Positions 47,272 to 59,100 of a stretch of DNA of 64,000 nucleotides are shown here, piece by piece. The notes under the pieces are model-generated. The model did not search any database. It was given only the letters and a program-made list of their open reading frames with translations, and was not told where the DNA came from. Both the position numbers and the translations under genes were made by a program. Numbering within the stretch: the stretch's first letter is position 1; each line of letters opens with the position of its first letter. This stretch comes from Podarcis bocagei. Its lineage: Eukaryota. Location of the stretch: NCBI GenBank assembly GCA_964188305.1, contig OZ076885.1; one strand, 5' to 3'.

Positions 47272-47492
47272 TGGGGTGCCCAAACTTTTTTCAAAGAAGG
47301 CCGGATTTGATGAAGTGAGCATGCATGAGGGCTGACCAAAGTGGTTGAGCTTTTTTTATGATTTTACCCCAAGGTTGTTGAAGTTGTTTTTTAGGATTTG
47401 ACCCCAAGAAATAAACTGCCACAGGGGCCGAATCAAACCAGATGAATTAAGCTAGATGAGCCCCCCCCCCCAACGGACTTTGGACATACTTG
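47272..47492. mobile_element. hAT (Charlie-like) non-autonomous element, degenerate
   Basis: ggggtgcccaaact...actttggacatacttg imperfect TIRs; internal ggccg motifs. Confidence 0.6.
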
Positions 47493-48633
47493 CTTTAGAA
47501 CAGACCACACTAATGCAGTTTGAGTGTCATTAAACCATATTTTAAAACAGACAACGGCTGCATGTGTTGGTTTGTGCTGCACAAAATTTCCCCCAGTGCT
47601 CTTTCCCCATTTCTGCCATGTTGCAGATGAGATCAGCTGGCTTCTGTTTTGTCATATTTGAACCTGAGCTTATGGTTACTTCTCTTCAAACAAACCATGA
47701 ATGGTAAATAAAGCCAAGAACAACTTTGGTTAACACTTTGGTTTGGAGAGAAGCAAACTGTGAGTCCGGGTTTGGACAACACAACAAGCTAAGCTCTCTG
47801 TCTTGTTTCATTTTCAATGCAACAGGAGCGGGGATGAATGATGTGGACTCTTCTCAACAGTGTGCACCAGCACATTGCTCATTCACATTACAACATCATT
47901 AGTTTAAAATACGGTTTAGGGTGATGTGTAAACTGGGCCATTGTGTAGTATTACTGCAGTCTAACAATGTAATGTGTATATTACGTTGTATAATATATAG
48001 TTTTCACAAGGCCTTGTCTCTCAGAATGTTCTTTCTGAGCTGACAAGTTCCAGTCTGTGTTCTGTTGCCTTAACCCAACTCAGCAAAGTGCTATTAAAAG
48101 TGTGCTTACTAGAATGATCGTTTTATTATCTCTTTTTCATTTTGTCTTCGTCATTTTTGCCACTGTGAAGTATAACCCAAACTTACTTTCCCTCCTTCAT
48201 GTCTTCTTCAGATTGTCATTCAGGAATGCACTAGTTCCAAACCTGCCAAGTTCTATCATCTGTGGATCTACTTTTCCTTTGTTTTGGTAAGAAAAATCTT
48301 AGAACTATTCTTTGATCTTTTATGTATTGAGTTGCATTGTAAACAACTGGACAACTCATCAATTCACATTCAGTTAACATAAATTTTAGGCTTGAGAAAC
48401 TCCATGGTAAGTCTCTCCCTTGAGTATAGGAGCTGGCTTTTTCTGCATTCATTCTTTGTAGAATTTTAAAAAAGATTCTCCTTTTCTTAACCATGTGAGC
48501 ATCAGCGTTCAGACTTAAAAAGAGATGCATTGTTTTTCGTGTTTTCTCTGTTGGCTTGAGCCTGACTTTAAGAACTTTCCTCCCTTTTAAAAAAAGTACT
48601 ATATATAACTCATTTAACTTGAGTAGTCCCTAC

Positions 48634-48637
<4 letters not shown>

Positions 48638-48670
<33 letters not shown>
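48638..48670. repeat. (TAAA)n microsatellite
   Basis: About 8 units. Confidence 0.85.
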
Positions 48671-51000
48671 AGCAGAATCAGTTCTTCAAATGTTGAAAAA
48701 TTTATTTGGGGAGTAGGGGAGACAATTATTTGGCAAGTGTGTGTGTGTGTGGGGGGGGGGAAGTTTAGTATCATTACCAAATCCTCGTGATTCAGCAAAC
48801 TTCTATAGCAAATGGTAGGACCAGGTTTCCCCTGACTTTTGTCTCTGAGGAGAAGATGGCATTTCAGACTATAATGATGTAAATGTGCATCCAAATGTGC
48901 ATCCACAGCAGGAACATCTGGGCACATTTTAAAACTAGCTTTTGCTATTGCAACATTGATTTTCTCTCAGAAAACTCAAAATTGACCAGGCCTGCACTTA
49001 GCTGATAAGAGAAGACTTATTCTACTTCAGTTTGGTAGGAAATTGTTTCTCAAACTGAGAGTGCCAAACCACAGCAGAGACATTGCATGTGGTTCCACAG
49101 AAATAAAACTTGTCTATTATGACCTATTACATGGATACAGATGCATGGATTGTATGAACTGAAATGGGACAATTAGTTGCAGCCCTCCAGCTTTTTAATA
49201 CAAAGGCCTTTGGAAAATACATTCTCATATGTGGTAATATGACTTCCCTCCCTTTTTCTCTAGAGTTGAGGCACTTGCAAGAAGTGGTACTGGAACTAAC
49301 CTAACTCCCACTGTGCCAGAGGCTTTGATTGTTTTATTGTTCACTCATCTCTAGCATATGCTTCAACTGAAGTAGTGTCCACAGTTCAGAAACTATAATA
49401 AAACGTGGTTAAAACCAACCAATGTAACAAGATATTAAAGACATGTAAAGCAGCTGCTGAAAGTAAATTAGCTCAAGAACAGATCTACAGCTGCTGCTAT
49501 TTTAGCCCATCAAAAGCACCTTCTTAAATATTCACTGCCTGTGAACAGTCATCAGAGTAGGGGCAAAAGAGACTATTGTTAGAAGGGTATTCCATAGACT
49601 GAATGGTACAGTGGAGAAGACCTGGATCCGTGCCTTTCTATTTCACATGTGTGTAAGAAGGGACATGAACAGTGTCTCCCCAGCAGGTTGGGAAATTAGA
49701 GATGGGGAGGTATTTATGGAGGAAGAGACTTTCACTGGTATGTAGGATCCAAGCTGTACACTGCTTTAAAACTGAGAACCAGCACTTTAAATTGGGCCTG
49801 GAAGCAAATAGGCAGGTAGTGCAACTGATAAAACAGGAATAATATGTTCTTTATAAAGTGTACCCATCATAAGGTGAACGGTTGGCTCTTGCACCATCTG
49901 CATCTTTCAAACAGGAGGCAGTCCTGTGTAGAGTTCATGGCAGTAATCCAAATAGGTTACAAATGACAGAGGCTAGGTGCCAGTTTGAGAGGAGCAGCCA
50001 AAATTCCCTCAGATGTTACTAATAAAGTATATTAGGGAATTTGAACACTTGTGTGCACATACATACAGATATCTGCCATTTTGCTGCCTATTCTCAGTGC
50101 TGTGAACAGTTTTTTAAAAAAATACTTTCTTTTCCACCTTTGGATCCGGAAGGATTTTCAAGGTGGCTTATATAAAATAATGGAGTATAATTGCGTTAGG
50201 GCTGCTTCTGCGCCTTGCAACATGTGCTGTTCTACAGGCAGTACTACAGGTTCTTCCAAAACAGTTTTCATTACTTCATTCTTTCCTTTCATCCTGCAGA
50301 ATGCAGCTCCCATGTTTATATCTAGGGCAGCAAGATGGAATCATGTATAACCGATCCTAAAAACTGCACTGGTGGTTTGTGTTCCACTGGGCCTAATTCA
50401 AGGTATTAGTAATGGCTTGCAAAGTCTTCAATAACTTAGAACTCAAACCTCCATTTCCTGCCAACTTGATCCTTAAGATTAGCAATGGGAGGCTATTGCA
50501 GCCCCCCATCAGGATTTGGGGAGCAAGGATCTGTAGAAGGGTCTTCTCCATAGTGGGACCCGAATTCTAGAATTACCCCCATAGGTATGCCTGTCACCCC
50601 CACTTTGGTTTTCAGACGTCAATTAAAGACATTTTAATTCATCTAGGCTTTTGTAGTTTAAATGTTTAACCCTTGGCAACAGTACTGGAACCAGTGTTTT
50701 AATGAGTTAATAATTGTTTTAGTGGTACATTTTTACTGTTTGTGTTATGATGGATATATGTTTGTACATCACCCTGGGCTCCTTTGGAGGAATGATGACA
50801 AACAAACAAACAAACAATAGAATGGCATCTCATTCTCATGGTTGGCAAGTGATTGGTCCTTTGTCTGGTTTCATGCTTATTATTCTCTTTCCCAGGACTC
50901 TAGGACTTGTTGCTGAGCAGGGGCAGAGATCCAAGTGCAGCAGCTGTACATTGGGTCATCCACTAAGCAATAGTAGTTGGTCCTGTAACTTTTCTCAGTA

Positions 51001-51207
51001 CAGTGGTACCTCGGGCTACAAACACTTTGAGTTACAGACTCCACTAACTCAGAAATAGTACCTCAACTTTACCTCAGGATGAGAACAGAAATCACGCGGT
51101 GGCAGCGGGAGGCCACATTAGTTAAAGTGGTATCTCAGGTTAAGAATGGTTTCAGGTTAAGAACGGACCTCCGGAATGAATTAAGTTCGTAACCAGGGGT
51201 ACCACTG
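51001..51207. mobile_element. Tc1/mariner-type MITE family A, copy 3
   Basis: TA|CAGTGGTACC...GGTACCACTG|TA. Confidence 0.9.
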
Positions 51208-52395
51208 TATACTTTTAGACTTGCATTTCTTTGAAACGCTGCTAATTATTTTCATACAAAATGCCATTAATGCACAAGATGCTTTTGCAGGTTACAATTC
51301 ATTCATTCATTCATTTGGAGTATTTACACCCCACCTACTAACCAAAGTAAGCGACTTACAATGTATTTAAAATATAGCAAAATAGGCAAGAGTTACCAGA
51401 CAGGCAAAAGTGTTACCACATTCCCCCACCCCCAAATGTCCCTGCTACTACTTTGTTTTTGAAAATTTGGGCTAGAGCAGATCTAATGTTGGTTAATAAG
51501 AAAAAGGTCCAGTTCAGAGTTTTGAGGTGCACACCTCTGTTCATCACTGTAAATTAATGGTTACCTTCTGCTTACTGTCTCTAGAGCCATTTACTGTTCA
51601 TGTTCTTATTGTCTTGTACTTTTATTACTGAAGAGCTATAGGACTCTAAATTTGATTTGCTTTCATTAGCTAATCCAGTTGCTCACAGAATGTTGTAAGA
51701 CGTCTTTGAGGAAAACAAGAAAGCAGATGCTGTTGCAATCTGTGTGAAACTACTGGGACCTGTTTTGGCTATTGGTAGTTTATGCTAATACTGGCCTGCT
51801 GCTGTGGACCTTAAAACAGTGGGTTATAGCTTCAAAATAACAAATGAACTTCATTGCATTAACGAGTTATGGCAAGAAGCATGTTCTGATAAGGGAATTA
51901 AGTTATGCATGGCAGGAAAATGAAATGTTGCTGGAATTTTATTGTTTAAAATTTGCAGTTTCTTCCATTTGGTTGAGTGAAATTGAGGTTCTCATCCTCT
52001 TATTTAACTTTAGAGGACCTTGGTGGGCACAATTGCCTTGGAAGTACCAACTGCTAGCAGGGGACAACTGGCCTTCATCATGGGGCTGAGTGAGTTCCAG
52101 CTGCTCACCTCTACTACTATGCCTCAAAGGACCTGCTGCCTGGCAACTGCCAGCAAGAAAATACTGCTTCCCTCATGGAATGAGCAAGAGCCAGCTGCTC
52201 AGCCATGCTCCTTTGCCTCAAGATTTTAGTGAGGGCTGTTCCTGGTATGACACCATGGAAGAGCAAGGATGCAAGCAGAAAATGCTGCCTAAATAATTCT
52301 GGTTCCATGCAGTTACTGTGTAGTTTTTATTTCTGTAAGCCACTTTGAGAGCATCTCAGGGAGCATCTTGGGATTATAGAATGGGGATTGAAGTA

Positions 52396-52612
52396 TGGTG
52401 GTACCTCAGGTTACAGACGCTTCAGGTTACAGACTCCTCTAATCCAGAAATAGTACCTCGGGTAAAGAAATTTGCTTCAGGATGAGAACAGAAATCGTGC
52501 GGTGGCGGCGTGGCAGGCCCCATTAGCTAAAGTGGTACCTCAGGTTAAGAACAGTTTCAGGTTAAGAACGGATCTCCAGAATGAATTAAGTTCTTAATCC
52601 GAGGTACCACTG
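52396..52612. mobile_element. Tc1/mariner-type MITE family A, copy 4
   Basis: TA|TGGTGGTACC...GGTACCACTG|TA. Confidence 0.9.
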
Positions 52613-55292
52613 TATTCTAAATAATAGTAAATATGGATAGGGATCTTCACTCTCTCTTGTAACATGATGATTTATTCTCTGTTATTAGGGGACATTTGGT
52701 CTGCTTCTCCCTGTGTTCTAAAAGTGGCTATAAGAATAAAAGAAGGACAACTTTTCAGTAGGAATTTTGCAGCTTGTGGGGCAGCTTTTGATTTTTATGG
52801 CAAGGATTTTTTTGGGTACAGTAAATGCTGTCAGGGAGTGTGGAGGTTAGCAATTTCTCAGTGCAATACTGCCTTGCCAAGTCATCCTTGTTCTGGTGCC
52901 CCCCCCCCCCTTATGGCCATTTATATAGCTGATGAATGCTGTATTGTGACCAGTGTCTTGGATTTAACCATGTGTAAATTGCCACTTTTGACCTGATACT
53001 AATATGGATACTACAATATGCTCTGAGATACGGATGTCTGAAACGAGTGCAACACAATTCTAAACACATTTACTGAGAGGTAAGCCTCATTACCCTCAAT
53101 GACTCATACTTCCTATTAAATATGGTTAGAATTGCAGCCATGCAACCCATGCCAGTGTTTTTGGTTGATTGTTCAGATTTCATGTTGGTTTTGCTCTTTC
53201 TGTGTTGAACAAGTTCATGGATTACATGAAACAAATGAAGTAGAAAGACATCAGATTTAAGTTTTGAAATAGGGATAGCCAATGTGGTGCTCTCCAGATG
53301 TTCTGGGCTCCAGTTCCCATTGGCCTCAGCCAGCATGGCCAATGGTCAAGGTTGATGAAAGTATAGTTCAAAAACAAATGGAGGGCATCACATTCACTAC
53401 CCATGTCTATTAGTGAAAGAGGCTTGGATTAGTCAATAATTACAGCAAAAGATATTAAGATTACTGATTGCTGAATGTTTCCTGCAGAGCAGGGGTAGCC
53501 AACATGGTTCTCTCCAGAAGTTGTGAACTGCAACTCCCCATTGTTTCTCACCTTTGGGCATGCTAGCTGGGACTAATGGCAGTTGTAGTCCACAACATAT
53601 GGAGGGCACCATCTTGGTTACCACAGCTGTAGATGATACTTTGTGTGTTTGGTATCCCTAAACCTTTTGTTGCTGTTTCTGATTCATTGTATGCTTTGTG
53701 ATACTCTCGGTTTACAGCAACATTGATTTCCCCTTTCCTACCTTTGTTCACTAAATAAATGTGGGCTGATTGGCTAAGTTGCACATGAAGAGCATTGGAA
53801 ACATGCATGATATGAATTGGAGTCTTATGCTCTCGAGCCAAGGCTCTTCCATGTGCTTCTGTTAACTTATCCTTAATTTGTATTACCTGTTCCCAGGTGT
53901 GTGGAAGCCTTGATTTGCACCATCAAAAGCCTGGAGGAAAAGGGAAGTGTTTACTTGGTGCCAAAAGTATGTCAATAAAGGTATCAAATGGACCTTACTT
54001 AGAGATCAGGGCAGGGCTCATTATGTGGTTGGATGGATTATTTTGGGTTCCGGGCAAGACATTTATGAGCTGAGGCACTTTGGATTTTTTTCAAGTTCTT
54101 CCAAGTATTAAGTATTAAGTACTGGGGTGCTCCATGACATCCCATGCTTCTTCCTCAGAGGAGGTCTCTGGTGTTTTTGCTGGCAACTGGCACCTGCATT
54201 CATTTATTCTGCTCTTGATTAAACAGGCTTTCACACAATTGCTAGAACTATTCTGTATGTACCTGGAGTTGAAAGCAGTAGAAACACTTTTCCAAAATCT
54301 GATAAACATTAGCAGGTAGATATCTAGCATTCTTTCAGAATATTGATGAGTGAAACCAATGTATAATAGTGATGGGATATCCCTTGGAATGTCCAGGGCA
54401 CACTCTCATGCCAGATCAGATTCCCAAAGGGGTTGATGTATGTGTATTTGCTTTTGAAGTGGAAAGAAAAAGTGTGAGTGACTCCAACTTCTTCCTATTA
54501 TGGAACAAGTGTGAAGGGGGAGTTTTCTCTGTTCCCAATTTGCACAAGGAATAGAAACAGGACATGAGGAAGTGCAGTTGTAAATGGTTGAGGGTAGAAT
54601 GAACACATTAATCTTCTGCATAATGGTATTTGTATTTTCTTTGTAAAAGGTTTACTTAGATTAAATCTTAAAGATGACTGGCTTTACCCATGTGACCATA
54701 CAGTTGCATAATTCTTTTAAAAATTAAAAACATCAATGTTTGAAACAAATTAAACCTAGGTGTTCCGCCCATTCCGAGCACCATCACCCCCGAGGCCAGT
54801 CATAAAGGAAGAAAGAAAAACCACTCTCAGATTGCACTCAGAATGGATTATGAAAGTTAATCAAATGTATGCACATTAACTTTATGTAAACTTGATTTAT
54901 TACACTGGTGAGCAAAGCAATTCCTCAAGAAAATTCCCTTGAGAACTCTCTCTGTTAACTTTCCTTAGTAAGGAAAGTTTCTTTTCTTGCAATTGATTAA
55001 AAATATCCGTCTTGGTAAGCAGCTGTTGTCTTGGGTCAGCAGTCTGGAAGTTCTCAATAAAGTAAAATTTGTAATGAGAACTCCCCAGTTTCATATTATG
55101 CTTGTTAGTTTGTAGCATTTGATGAGACCAGCTTTTGTAAATCCAGTTGATAGTGTGCTTGACCTGGAAATATATTCAGATCCAACTTGGTGGTGTATTT
55201 GCTATGTGATTTGGGTTAGGTCACTTTATTCAGCCTGTGACATAACTCATATGGTGAGTTTTATGATGACAGGACGTGATTTAGCAGCATTA

Positions 55293-55534
55293 CAGTGGTA
55301 CCTTGAGTTACATACAGTTCAGGTTACATACGCTTCAGGTTACAGACTCCGCTAACCCAGAAATAGTACCTCGGGTTAAAAACTTTGCTTCAGGATGAGA
55401 ACCGAAATTGTGCTCCGATGGCGCGGTGGCAGCAGGAGGCCCCATTAGCTAAAGTGGTGCTTCAGGTTAAGAACAGTTTCAGGTTAAGAACGGACCTCCG
55501 AAATGAATTAAGTACTTAACCAGAGGTACCACTG
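55293..55534. mobile_element. Tc1/mariner-type MITE family A, copy 5
   Basis: TA|CAGTGGTACC...GGTACCACTG|TA. Confidence 0.9.
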
Positions 55535-56059
55535 TAAATGTAATCTGTTTATGTTCTATCTTTCTCAAAGATATTTTTTTTAAAGCTGAAACTGTCTTGA
55601 CTGGAAAATACTTTTATTCTAAATACTACAAAATACATTTGAAAATGAAATTGCCACAAATCAATTCTTATGAAGAGTTATTTTAAAAAAGTTTGACAAG
55701 AGTATCCATGTAGTGTTAGATTTGGCATGAAAATGCTGGACCTGGGCCCATCATTCTGCAACCTGAGGAAGATCTGTCGTGAATGTGCTGCAATTACAGT
55801 GGTCTCTCTTGAGAATCTGATGATGATAATAGTAATGCTGTGTTGGTGGGGATGGAATGTTAACAATTACAGAGAGAGATACCAATTTGTATTGACCTCT
55901 TTGAAACTTCTGACTTGGGTTCCTTGAAATATATCTTCACTATCTAGATTTCCATGAGGACAGCCTTGCAAGGAGTGGATGGCACTTGTGTAGATTTTTG
56001 GCACTTGTGATCTGGTGTCTCTCGGTGACTCATTCCCCTGCACTGAGACAGTAAAAGCC

Positions 56060-56194
56060 ATGAAGGTTGTACCAGAGAAGAATGCTGTTCGAATCCTTTG
56101 GGGCCGAGAACGGGGCACGCAAGCTTTGGGAGCACAGCGTCTTCTGCAGGAGTTGGTAGAAGACAAAACCCGTTGGATGAAATGGGAGGGCAAG
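56060..56194 (+). CDS. AMBRA1: AMBRA1 coding exon 1 (exon acceptor at 55948)
   Basis: [45 protein letters not shown]. Confidence 0.95.
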
Positions 56195-59100
56195 GTAAAG
56201 CTCCTTATGACACACTTACAAGTCAACTGAACTTAGGAAGCTGCCTTGCACAAAATCAGAACATTGGTTCAAGTAGCTCAGCGTTATCTACACTGACAAT
56301 ACTTAAGGGTTCCCTTTGTGGGTCTTACCCAGTCCTACCTGCACATACAGTGATCTAGGATAGTTTGGCATACAAAGCAAGTTCTTAACCATGGAGCTTC
56401 AGGCTGTGTATGACACTTCTGCCTGTCGGTAATTTGAGTTATATATACTTCCTAGGTTTCTGAATTTGAGTTAAATATTTTTATCTGGTATGTGCCAGAT
56501 TCAGAATAAATGGGTAGAACCTTTTAAAATTTTTATAACCCTTTGATACTCCTGGAACAATTGTGCAAAAGTATCATTTCTTCTATCAAACTTCACACGA
56601 GGGAGGGGTACTGGTATACTTCACTGATACTTTGAGCTCAGAAAATTTTTTTGTGCTCTTTTGACTTTCAGAAGGTTGAGTTGCCAGACAGTCCACGCTC
56701 CACCTTTCTACTGGCATTCAGTCCAGACAGGTACACATCTATGTATATATTTTCTGTTCTCTTTTTATTTATTTATTTTATGTTCCCTTTTATCTGTTAG
56801 AAAGATTTGTGAAGAGAAATGTTCCTCAGCATACCTGTGAGAGCTTCCAATGAGTCTTCCAGCTTCGCTTATACCAAGTGCTGCTCATTCTTTTGATTAT
56901 TTGAAACTACTTGTGTACATGGAATACTCTTTTCAAACTATGATAATGACAGAATGTAGACTTGCAAGGAACTTGGTAGCAGGAGATGTTCATATAAACT
57001 GGTGAAATGCTTGTTGTGTTGGTTGGTTCAGGGACCCTACAGGGAAGGTGCTAAGTCCTTGAGAGCCCTGTGGAGGTTTTGTCCCTACTGTGGTAGTATC
57101 AATTTTCCTTTAGTGAATACAGCTTTTGCTCCTCCACCCTCTCAAATGTCATTGTAGTCCGCTTCCTTTTTGTTTCATAGAACAGTATGCAAGGCAGAGC
57201 CAATGAAAACTTATTCCATCCCTGTTTGCATAGCCACCTTTTGTTTTAATTGGTCACCCTAGAGCAGGGGTCACCAACATGGTGTCCTTGAGGTTGTTCC
57301 TATTATCCCAGACTATCAGCTATTCTGGTTGAGACTAATGATAGTTTGGAGTCCATGAGCATTTTGGAGAGCATTACATTGATTACCCTTTTTCTAGAGT
57401 GTGACAGATGAGAACCAGGAATTGGCTTTCATATACAAGAGAGCTTAGGGCCTGGCCACTGTCCAAATGTACCACAAGCAAGATTGTTGCAGTGCATATC
57501 AGAAAGAAGTGATGTTTGAAAATTGGGAGTGACTCACCCTGTAGGGATGGTATGGTATAGATATTAAGGTGGAAAGCACAATTTGTAGAACCTATCATTT
57601 TATGAGAATTTGACCAGTTAAAAAATATAGCTGAGTTTACTACTCTACTATTCTTGAGTAATGGTTAAGTCTTTTTGGAGTATTTACTATATTAGAATGA
57701 CAAAAATGTACTTTAATTATTAACAGGTAACTATTCTCTTACTTGTTAATCTTGGAAATATAATTATTAACTTTTAACAATCTTACATAAGCTTTCTAAA
57801 ACTCAAGTATGTTTGCTGTGAGGCTGGTTAGATTGAAGTATCATTGACTTATTTTTAGAAAGTTGGTCTTGGAGCTGTGATGTCTTGGTGGTTTGGGTGT
57901 TGGGCTTGACAGGCAATGAGGCATATCTGTACAGGTTCATATTTTTCTCTCCTCTGTTTCTGCATCCAAAATTGCTTGCTAAACAACCTTCTCTTCCCAT
58001 CCTCCCTCCCCTTCTTTTATGTTGCTTTTTAATTTCCCCAGGACCCTTATGGCTTCTACTCATGTGAATCACAATATTTACATCACTGAGGTGAAAACGG
58101 GCAAATGTGTTCACTCTCTAGTTGGGCATCGACGCACACCATGGTGTGTAACCTTTCATCCTACCATTCCAGGGCTTATTGCTTCAGGGTGCCTTGATGG
58201 AGAGGTTAGAATCTGGGATTTGCACGTAAGTTCCTTTTAATGCTCTTTACCTCACTCTATGCCAGGCTAATCCATGCATTGCCACACTGGTGTGGGACTT
58301 TCTTCACTGTAGCATTTTCTCATATTATTCTGGTAATAGGGATAAACCCAAATACATGGTTCCATCCCTCCAAATATAACCTGTTTACCTTACTGTTATG
58401 GATTTGTTTTATTTTCTGATCATGAAATGCCAACTCTGCCAGTTGAGAGCCTTATTGGCAGGCTGTAGCAGAAATCTTGTGCTAGTTAATGATAAAGCCT
58501 TTGGATAACCTATAATTATTTCTGCAAACATTTCAGTGAAAGATTACTGTAGGTTTCAAGAATTAAAAAATGCTTTCTCTAAGTAGTACTGTAGTGTGTC
58601 ATGACCTTTATCCATACTAATGTTGAAGGGCTGAAATGTTTCTACATAATCAAATTCTTTTAATTACTCTGGAACATTCAGTGAGTCTCAGACAGCCTAT
58701 ACAAACAGTATATAATGATTTTCCTGTAATTAGTGAGACAACGCTCTTTAAAATTTGGCTTTGCAGTTGGGGGGGGGTGATATAAAACGGAAGCACATGC
58801 GGTGATGCTTGTGATATAAATCTAGGTCACCATATAGTGTATATGGGATCCTGTTTGGAATTACTGTGTTTCAATACCATTGACCATAGATTGGTTTGCT
58901 CCCAGGGTGGAAGTGAGAGCTGGTTTACAGATAGCAACAATGCCATAGCATCTTTGGCTTTCCATCCAACGGCCCAGCTCCTGCTAATTGCAACAGCCAA
59001 TGAGATCCACTTCTGGGACTGGAGTCGCCGGGAGCCTTTTGCAGTTGTGAAAACAGCCAGTGAAATGGAGAGAGTCCGGTGAGTAATCCTTCTGCATGAG

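Noticed and set aside
53897-53980. Possible extra AMBRA1 5'UTR exon (ttcccag|...aag|gtatca)
   Set aside because: Splice signals are only moderate and similar candidates exist near 50896 and 52014; cannot be supported without transcripts.
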